DNA of 63,478 nt, filler included, from an uncultured bacterium (GTDB lineage Bacteria > CAZDME01 > JAYEMH01), in the NCBI GenBank assembly GCA_964506785.1. It is 17 parts of 17 records of this genome, joined end to end, with 100 filler letters (N's around TTAATTAATTAA, not from the genome) between each part and the next. Parts side by side here need not be neighbours in the genome. Positions count along the whole stretch, not along the records: positions 31,456 to 34,965 come from CAZDME010000087.1; positions 35,066 to 38,572 come from CAZDME010000088.1; positions 38,673 to 41,977 come from CAZDME010000089.1; 14 more parts are not named here. One strand, 5' to 3'. Below, piece after piece: positions 32,214 through 38,909 of the stretch; the stretch's first letter is position 1, and each line of letters starts with the position of its first letter. The notes under the pieces are model-generated. The model ran no database searches. It was not told the origin of the DNA and saw only the letters and a program-made list of their open reading frames with translations. Made by a program: the position numbers and the translations under genes.

Positions 32214-32479
32214 CTCTGCATTAACCTAATGGCGAAGCCGCGGTCCTGAGGGGTACGTGAGCTACTAGACTCGCCCTCAGCAAACCGCTAATAAAAACGA
32301 GGCGAGCTAATACAATCAACCTAAAACAAAAAGAAGCAAAAAAAACACTTAAAGCTGCTTATGTTACTGAATAAACTATCGTTATATGTGATTAAGACCT
32401 TTTGCACCTTAATCACTAGTATGGGTATAAAAAAAGAGCTTAAGACGGGGGCTTAAGCTCTATGTGAGGCATATGTTTA
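32214..32479 (+). repeat. Array repeat copy R2 (core 32214-32291 plus extension shared with R3)
   Basis: Aligns with R1/R3/R4 cores; 32344-32404 is identical to 33465-33525. Confidence 0.9.
32429..32461 (-). terminator. Intrinsic terminator downstream of the TA pair
   Basis: Minus strand AGAGCTTAAG-N7-CTTAAGCTCT followed by T-run. Confidence 0.75.
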
Positions 32480-32512
32480 AAGTGGGGTTACTCTAAATAT
32501 AAGTATAGTAGT

Positions 32513-32806
32513 TTAAGGATGTGGTGTTATTGCCAAAACTGTTATTTGTTTTCTCTGCGGACCATAATACCAAAAAATACGATAAGCTGCTGGGGTATTT
32601 TGCTCAGCATATGCCTCAAAAACTTTCTCTCCATTTGGTCCACTAAGGCTATAAAAAGGATGTGTCTGAAGGCTGGGGTGTCGTGGATCTTGCGCTAAGT
32701 ACTTGAGTGTTTTTTTAGCTGCGTTGTGTCTCTTCTTAAGACTTTTATTCTTCTTTAAGGAATTAAGGTTTTGCTCTGCCTCGATTGTAAGCAGTATTTT
32801 GAACAA
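32513..32806 (-). CDS. RelE/ParE-like toxin
   Basis: 97 aa basic protein, DPRHPSLQTH, AYRIFWYYG, ITVLAITPHP; downstream of small partner. Confidence 0.75.
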   Translation of the reverse strand: MFKILLTIEAEQNLNSLKKNKSLKKRHNAAKKTLKYLAQDPRHPSLQTHPFYSLSGPNGEKVFEAYAEQNTPAAYRIFWYYGPQRKQITVLAITPHP

Positions 32807-32821
32807 ATTTCTCTCCTATAG

Positions 32822-33115
32822 TTAATCCAAGGATTTTAAATCTAATTCAGAAACCTTACCCTTACCCGCTTGTTCCAATCCCTTTCTTACCGAAGCTAGA
32901 GCTTTCTTGTTTTTATATAACCATGCTTCTGATGCGGGAATCTCTACCATGGGCCGAATTAAAATTTCTCCTTGTAGATTTATATAAACTTTTACTCTTT
33001 TGACCTCAGGTAAGTTCTGAAGTGCACCTAAAACAATCCTATTCCTCTGATCAATAGTCTTAGATTCAATTTCTTCAAAATCATCTTCTATATGTATTTT
33101 TTTAGTCTTACTCAT
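32822..33115 (-). CDS. Putative antitoxin (AbrB-like N-terminus)
   Basis: TIDQRNRIVLG swapped-hairpin-like motif, EAWLYKN..ASVRKGLEQA tail; strong RBS before ATG 33115. Confidence 0.7.
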   Translation of the reverse strand: MSKTKKIHIEDDFEEIESKTIDQRNRIVLGALQNLPEVKRVKVYINLQGEILIRPMVEIPASEAWLYKNKKALASVRKGLEQAGKGKVSELDLKSLD

Positions 33116-33140
33116 TTCCTCCTCCTTAACTTCCATTTAA

Positions 33141-33186
33141 ATTATATCATATTCCCCATTTTTTGTCAAATGGGAATTTCCCATTT
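33141..33186 (-). promoter_or_regulatory. Consensus sigma70 promoter with palindromic operator
   Basis: TTGACA (33169-33164)-N17-TATAAT (33146-33141); AAATGGGAA-T-TTCCCATTT palindrome abutting -35. Confidence 0.8.
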
Positions 33187-33289
33187 GTACCATATCCTTT
33201 ATGTATTATAGCATATATTTATACATTATCAACTTTTTTACTAATTTGCCCATAAACACCTAAAAACACTAAAAACAGCACAAAATTCC

Positions 33290-33675
33290 CAAGAAACCCC
33301 ACTCCCCCACCCTAAACACCCCTAAAAAAACACATAATCCCCCCTCTGCATTAACCTAATGTTGAAAACGCGGTCCTGAGGGGTAGGCTTCTCTTAGACT
33401 CGCTCCTTGAGCAAACCGCTAATAAAAAATTAGCGAGCTAATACAATCAACCTAAAAACAAAGTAACACTTAAAGCTGCTTATGTTACTGAATAAACTAT
33501 CGTTATATGTGATTAAGACCTTTTGGGCTTGATCACTATATAGGGGATAAAAAAAGAGCTTAAGACGGGGGCTTCCGCCTTCGCCAATCTATTTCTATAT
33601 TATCTGGCTTCGGCGGACTGCCGACAAACTTTACCCCAAAAGTCGTAAGCTCTATATATGTGGGGTATATGTTTA
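33290..33675 (+). repeat. Array repeat copy R3 (C-rich leader, core 33344-33422, extension)
   Basis: Shares leader with R4, core with all copies, extension with R2; carries a 72-bp insertion at 33574-33645. Confidence 0.9.
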
Positions 33676-33689
33676 TTGCGATACAGAAC

Positions 33690-34376
33690 TTATTTATTAG
33701 TTAGGATGTCTATAATATCTAACTCATCAATTAGTTTCAGATTATCTAAGACTTTTTTCTGCCATTTTTTATGCATTTTTTTGAAGATTTTGTGTATCTG
33801 TAAATGTTGGTTCTCTCTTATCATTTCATGAAATACACGCAAAGCCCCTTCAATATCCCTATCCTTTTTATCTTTTTTTCTTCTCCGTTCGAAAATAATA
33901 AGTTTATGCAATGCATATGCTGCCGGATGAGGCAATCTTATACGCAAATTATTAACGTTTAAAAATATAGAATTCTGAACAAGAAAATCTAAAAATCTTA
34001 AAGGTTGCGCATTAATACTCAACTGTGCTATTGGATACGGCTTATCATGCCCCCTTCCCCGTTCTGGCACCAGAAATTCAACCGTTAAATCAGGATGGAA
34101 TAATTTAATATAACCTTACGATCCTTTAAATTCTTCAATAAATCCCAAATCTTCTAGGAGTTCAAAAACATTGATTTTCTTATTAAATTTTGGAGGCAGT
34201 GGAACTACAAAATCAATATCTCTCGTACGAATAAAAGTAGAATACTCGCGAGATTTGAATAGATATTTATAAAAATAAATGCTCCAGCTACCAACTAGAA
34301 CAATTTTATTAAGTATTTGAGCCTTTTCGAACCTTCTAAGCACTTTTAAGCATAAATCAAACGTCTTCTTTTCCAT
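33690..34376 (-). pseudogene. Nucleotidyltransferase-fold protein interrupted by one in-frame TAA
   Basis: VLVGSWS..RTRDIDF (GS..DxD motif); both ORFs are in the same frame across TAA 34116-34118 (FKGS*GYIKLFHPDLTVEFLVPERG); ALHKLII. Confidence 0.8.
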
Positions 34377-34677
34377 GTAGGGATTTTTCCAGAAACTTTA
34401 TTTGTTTATTCAGTTTAACAATATTATCTTTATACTTTTTCCTTAATCGCTTTTGTTTTTTTAATTCAGCAAGAAAATCCTTTGATAACACCTTCCCCTT
34501 ATAGATAAACTTTACCTTTTTCCCGTCTCTAATGGCGAGATAATAATACGAATGCCCCTTAATTATCTTCTTAACGATGCAACCACCTGGATTAGCTTTT
34601 AAAGCTTTCTCATAGCCCTGTTTGATCTTCTTGGAATTTTCCAATTCCTCTCTAAGCACACCTTTAATCATCCCCAT
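34357..34677 (-). CDS. Small basic putative DNA-binding protein
   Basis: GCIVKKIIKGHSYYYLAIRDGKKVKFIYKG beta-rich core between coiled coils; overlaps the NTase start. Confidence 0.75.
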   Translation of the reverse strand: MGMIKGVLREELENSKKIKQGYEKALKANPGGCIVKKIIKGHSYYYLAIRDGKKVKFIYKGKVLSKDFLAELKKQKRLRKKYKDNIVKLNKQIKFLEKSLHGKEDV

Positions 34678-34696
34678 AATCAGCCCCTAAGTTCCT

Positions 34697-34799
34697 GTTA
34701 CCAAACATAATTCTAATATAAGTATACTTAGTTTGGTAACAATTGTCAAGAATTTGTTACCAAACTAATTTCTTAAAATTTAAATCTATGTTTGGTAAA
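34697..34799 (-). promoter_or_regulatory. Sigma70 promoter embedded in four 10-bp operator boxes
   Basis: TTGACA (34749-34744)-N17-TATACT; GTTACCAAAC-N24-GTTTGGTAA(C) occurs twice. Confidence 0.8.
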
Positions 34800-34861
34800 T
34801 GGTGCGGAACACCCGATAAAAACCTAAAACATTTGCAACTTACATAACAATCCCAAATACA

Positions 34862-34965
34862 CAAGAAATCCCACTCCCGTACCAAAACACCCCCTAAAAA
34901 CACATAATTCCCCTCTGCGTTAATCTAATGGCGAAGCCGCGGTCCTGAGAGAAAGGTAGGCTTCT
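34862..34965 (+). repeat. Array repeat copy R4 (truncated by contig end)
   Basis: C-rich leader then CTCTGCGTTAATCTAATGGCGAAGCCGCGGTCCTGAG. Confidence 0.85.
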
Positions 34966-35077
34966 NNNNNNNNNNNNNNNNNNNNNNNNNNNNNNNNNNN
35001 NNNNNNNNNTTAATTAATTAANNNNNNNNNNNNNNNNNNNNNNNNNNNNNNNNNNNNNNNNNNNNTCATATTCTGTA

Positions 35078-35647
35078 TCATTGCTTTAAAGTACTAAAAT
35101 TTAACACTACCCCCTCGTTATAACCGTTATCGTGTAAAAGATTACACCGTAAATTTTCCCTAAGCCGGAACGCTGATCCCTCTATTTCCCGTATAATCTC
35201 CTCTAAACTTATATCGGCCAGCTTATCTAAAGGATAATCCTGTTTATGATGTTTGGGATAAACGGAAAAAATACCTTTTCTTTTCGAAACTCTATGTATT
35301 TCCTTATAAAAAGCGGCCCGTTCCTTTTTATCCTGATAGTGGATAACATCATAACAAAGCACTGCATCGAGCGAATTGTTTTCCAGTGGAATTTCTGAAT
35401 GTCGGTTTAAAATTTCTATATTTTCCATTGCCCTTATCTTTGCCATTTCTTTTAATCCTGTCAGCCTCATTGTATCTTTATCCAAACCATAAACTTTGCC
35501 TTCTTTGCCCACCACTCTTGCCGCGGGAATCGTATAATGACCTTCTCCGCATCCAAAGTCCAGCACAGCCTGCCCTTTCTTAAGGCCAATTTTTTTCAAA
35601 AAATCTACCCCGTCTTTTTCTATCCATTTTCTGACATCATCATTCAT
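35078..35647 (-). CDS. Class I SAM-dependent methyltransferase
   Basis: VLDFGCGEG, GKVYGLD, LCYDVIHY. Confidence 0.88.
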   Translation of the reverse strand: MNDDVRKWIEKDGVDFLKKIGLKKGQAVLDFGCGEGHYTIPAARVVGKEGKVYGLDKDTMRLTGLKEMAKIRAMENIEILNRHSEIPLENNSLDAVLCYDVIHYQDKKERAAFYKEIHRVSKRKGIFSVYPKHHKQDYPLDKLADISLEEIIREIEGSAFRLRENLRCNLLHDNGYNEGVVLNFSTLKQ

Positions 35648-35842
35648 TTTTATATATCTTCTATTTTCCCTAAAACCTTATCTGCTGTAACCGCATGTAA
35701 ATTAAAAGCTGAATCTTTTATCAGATCCGCGCCTGATGCTAACCCTGAAAGTCGGGCTTTCCGCTGATCGTTATACATAAGGTGACAAGCCCGTCATTAA
35801 AGGGCCTTTTGCATCTGTTTTTTTGTCCGCGGTATTATAGAG

Positions 35843-35950
35843 TCACCTTTCTATTTTTAAATCGGGTAATTTTTCTACCGGACGCAGCCCATTCCAAGTT
35901 ACATCTGTCCCGTCATAAGGATTGCGATTAAAGATAATCAATACCTGCAC
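35843..35950 (-). pseudogene. DsrE-family protein remnant
   Basis: Manual translation VQVLIIFNRNPYDGTDVTWNGLR resembles the DsrE/YchN N-terminus; stop after 35 codons. Confidence 0.55.
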
Positions 35951-35972
35951 TTTTTATTTCCTTTTCAAGAAA

Positions 35973-37325
35973 TCACCTGTTATAAAATTTATCAAAAGCG
36001 CTTTCAGCCGCCAAAGCTATCGGTTCCCTGCCGGGATCCGGGGACAACTCCGGTTGGCCGGCGCACCTCAAAGTAGTCAAATCCAAAACCTTTAATCCGC
36101 ACCTTATCGCCAGGGCTATTACATCAATATGCTTGACTGAGCATTCGGTATCGCTTATTAGCTGCCCGCCTATTAACTTCTCATCTTTTTTGTCAAATAT
36201 CAGCTTCACCGTATAAGGTTTTCGTTCCCGCATCATAGAATGCTTACTGATAGATTTTTCTTTCGCTGTAACTATTTCGATACCTTCCCTTTTAGCCTCC
36301 GTTTCGGTGACACCCGCCCCTGCTATAGATTTGTCAAAAAATTTGGTGCAAAAAGCATTGATTAGAGGTGGAAATTTTATGTTAAACCCTAATATATTCT
36401 TGGCAATGACCCTACCGGAAATTACCGCGTTAGGGCGTAATTGCCCAAGCGCGGGATTGCCTGTAATATGACTCTGGTACTCCACAAGGTCTCCGCCGGC
36501 AAATATATCAGGGTCTGAAGTTTGCAAATTCTGATTGACCTTTAAACCAAGCTTACCCAGTTTCAATCCCGCGTCTTTGGCTAAATCAATATTGCAACGG
36601 GCGCCCGCGGAAACAACAACCATACCCGTATTTATTTTTTCGCCGGAAACCAGTGTTACGCTTTCTACGCTTTCTTTTCCGTTAATTGTAACTGCTTTCT
36701 GGTTAAGTTTCAATCGCACTCCTTTTTTCACCATATAACCCTGTACCTCTTCGGCCATATCGGGATCTAAGGCATTCGACATAATATTCCCGAGCATTTC
36801 CACAAGCGTAACTTTCAATCCTTGGCGGGACAACAGATAAGCCTTTTCAATCCCTATCGTACCCGCGCCTAAAAGAACAACATCTCTAACCCGCTTAGAA
36901 TTTATCCAATTGAGAATGTTAACCGCGTCACCACTTGTGCGAAGGGTAAATACCCCCGCTAAATTAATTCCCGGAATAGGAGGCATAACAGGCTTTGCGC
37001 CAACAGCTAAAACAAGTTTATCATATGGATATGTGTTGCCGTCGGTTGTGGTAACTATTTTTTTATCTCTATCTATCCCTACCGCTTTTACGTTTACCAA
37101 TCCTATTCCTTTTTCCGTGAATATACTGTCATCCTTGTAGGAAGGGTCTACCATCACGTCACCGCAACAAATATAGGGAGTCGCGCATCTTGTCAATAAA
37201 CCTTTTTCCTGTGGCTCCCGAATTATAGTTACTTCGAGAGAAGGTTTCAACTTTTTTAGCATTAGAGCTGCAAGCGCGCCGCATCCCGAGCATCCGATAG
37301 AAACTACTTTTTTTATCCGGTCCAT
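35973..37325 (-). CDS. FAD-dependent oxidoreductase (NADH oxidase / CoA-disulfide reductase family)
   Basis: TRCATPY redox Cys, YDKLVLAVGA, LGAGTIG, TSDPDIFAGGD, dimerisation domain. Confidence 0.88.
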   Translation of the reverse strand: MDRIKKVVSIGCSGCGALAALMLKKLKPSLEVTIIREPQEKGLLTRCATPYICCGDVMVDPSYKDDSIFTEKGIGLVNVKAVGIDRDKKIVTTTDGNTYPYDKLVLAVGAKPVMPPIPGINLAGVFTLRTSGDAVNILNWINSKRVRDVVLLGAGTIGIEKAYLLSRQGLKVTLVEMLGNIMSNALDPDMAEEVQGYMVKKGVRLKLNQKAVTINGKESVESVTLVSGEKINTGMVVVSAGARCNIDLAKDAGLKLGKLGLKVNQNLQTSDPDIFAGGDLVEYQSHITGNPALGQLRPNAVISGRVIAKNILGFNIKFPPLINAFCTKFFDKSIAGAGVTETEAKREGIEIVTAKEKSISKHSMMRERKPYTVKLIFDKKDEKLIGGQLISDTECSVKHIDVIALAIRCGLKVLDLTTLRCAGQPELSPDPGREPIALAAESAFDKFYNR

Positions 37326-37366
37326 TTTATTCGCCTAATTTCATTACCTTTTACACACTCCATCGC

Positions 37367-37609
37367 CTATGCAAGGAGGCCCGTCGCAAGCTCGCTTCTC
37401 CCGCAACAGGTCTTATCTGAAAAATGGTTATTTTCGTAATCTGTCGGGTAAAATCCTTTTCCTTTAAAAATTATCCCCATACCCGTTACCGATGACCTTC
37501 TTATCCCTTTACCGCATTTCGGGCATTCTTTTAGCGGTTGCGTGCTCATGTTCTGAAATTTTTCAAATTTGCAGCCGCAACTGCCGCACTGATACCTGTA
37601 TGCCGGCAT
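37367..37609 (-). CDS. FmdB-family zinc-ribbon protein
   Basis: MPAYRYQCGSCG...CPKCG...IIFKGKGFY. Confidence 0.88.
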   Translation of the reverse strand: MPAYRYQCGSCGCKFEKFQNMSTQPLKECPKCGKGIRRSSVTGMGIIFKGKGFYPTDYENNHFSDKTCCGRSELATGLLA

Positions 37610-37622
37610 ATTTCTCTTTCTT

Positions 37623-38093
37623 CTATTTTATGAATTTGGATTTCAGTCTTTCCAGCACATTCATATAATCAATGATTAATTTACCGTTTAAATGGTCGAT
37701 TTCATGCTGCAATACCCTTGCCAAAAGGCCCTTTGTCCTTATTTCTACGGCGCGCCCTTCCTCATTCAGGCCTTTTACCGTAATGCCAATAGGCCGCCTG
37801 ACATTAACTGTAATGTCAGGGACGCTTAGACAGCCCTCCGGCATATTATCGGATCCTTTTACATCGATAATTTTAGGGTTAGCCAATTTTACGGTTATAT
37901 TTTCGACCTCCGCGACAATGAGCCTTTTAGAAATACCTATTTGAGGGGCTGCCAGCCCAATGCCGCAAAAATGCTTCATGGTAAAAAGCATATCCCGAAA
38001 AAGCTTGATCTCTTTTTCCGTGATTTTTTCTATTGACTGACATTGCTTTCTTAAAACATTGTCGGGATATTTTTTAATCGCTAAAGGTTTCAT
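37623..38093 (-). CDS. def: Peptide deformylase
   Basis: GIGLAAPQIG, EGCLS, QHEIDHLNG. Confidence 0.96.
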   Translation of the reverse strand: MKPLAIKKYPDNVLRKQCQSIEKITEKEIKLFRDMLFTMKHFCGIGLAAPQIGISKRLIVAEVENITVKLANPKIIDVKGSDNMPEGCLSVPDITVNVRRPIGITVKGLNEEGRAVEIRTKGLLARVLQHEIDHLNGKLIIDYMNVLERLKSKFIK

Positions 38094-38094
38094 G

Positions 38095-38572
38095 TCATCC
38101 GGCTAAAATTGAGCTCGCTACCATAAAACCGGCGGCAGCCAAAGTAGTATACGCAAATATTTTCTTAAGGCGCAGGGGCTCTGTCTTAACGGAAAGCTTA
38201 CCGCCTGCCAAGCCACCCAAGGCCGCGACACAAACTAACGGAACGGCCCAAACAGGATTAAAATCGCCGGCAACACTATGGCCAAGAAATCCCATTAAAG
38301 CTGTTACGGCGACCATGGCGGAAGATGTTCCAATAGCTATTTTCATGGGAACGCCGCAAGCCAATACCATTAACGGTATTTTAAAGCTTCCTCCCGAAAT
38401 TCCAAGCATTCCGGCGAAAAAACCTATTAATGCCGTAATGGGAATAGCCATCCAGAGGTTTACCCTGTAATTATATCCGTCAAAAGAACGATTCCAATAA
38501 CCAAACTGCTTTTTACCGTTGTTAATACGCTCTTTAACCGGTTTTAACATGAAAAAAGCTGCTACTATTAAA
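38095..38572 (-). CDS. Sulfite exporter TauE/SafE family (5' partial)
   Basis: GMLGISGG, AIGTSS, hydrophobic helices. Confidence 0.88.
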
Positions 38573-38672
38573 NNNNNNNNNNNNNNNNNNNNNNNNNNNN
38601 NNNNNNNNNNNNNNNNTTAATTAATTAANNNNNNNNNNNNNNNNNNNNNNNNNNNNNNNNNNNNNNNNNNNN

Positions 38673-38908
38673 TTAAAGATTTAGAGGAGAATAAACAGGT
38701 CCTTTTTCGTTACTGTGACGTAGAGGGAGAAATAAATAGAAACAGCAATCCAAACGGGGCTATAGCCGATATTGCGGGTTTAGTAAACAAAAAAGGTAAT
38801 GTCCTGGGTATCATGCCTCATCCGGAGAGAAGTTCTGAAAAAGAATTAGGTTCCGAGGATGGATTAAACATATTCAAATCAATAGTCAAATGGATCGGGG
38901 CCCATTGA
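38673..38908 (+). CDS. purQ: FGAM synthase subunit PurQ, C-terminal fragment
   Basis: Manual translation [11 protein letters not shown]...[12 protein letters not shown]. Confidence 0.92.
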
Positions 38909-38909
38909 T

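Noticed and set aside
32214-32291. Repeat core as a twister or hammerhead ribozyme
   Set aside because: Only superficial TAA/GGTCC similarity; required pseudoknots and catalytic cores could not be built.
32320-32330. CCTAAAACAAA matching part of class 1 integron attI1
   Set aside because: Low-complexity A-rich match with no following GTT crossover triplet and no integrase nearby.
31481-34965. Array repeats as CRISPR or canonical integron attC sites
   Set aside because: Units are long, degenerate and separated by genes; the conserved AAC/GTT triplets are missing (CTAAT instead) and the ATTAGCG partner exists only in R3.
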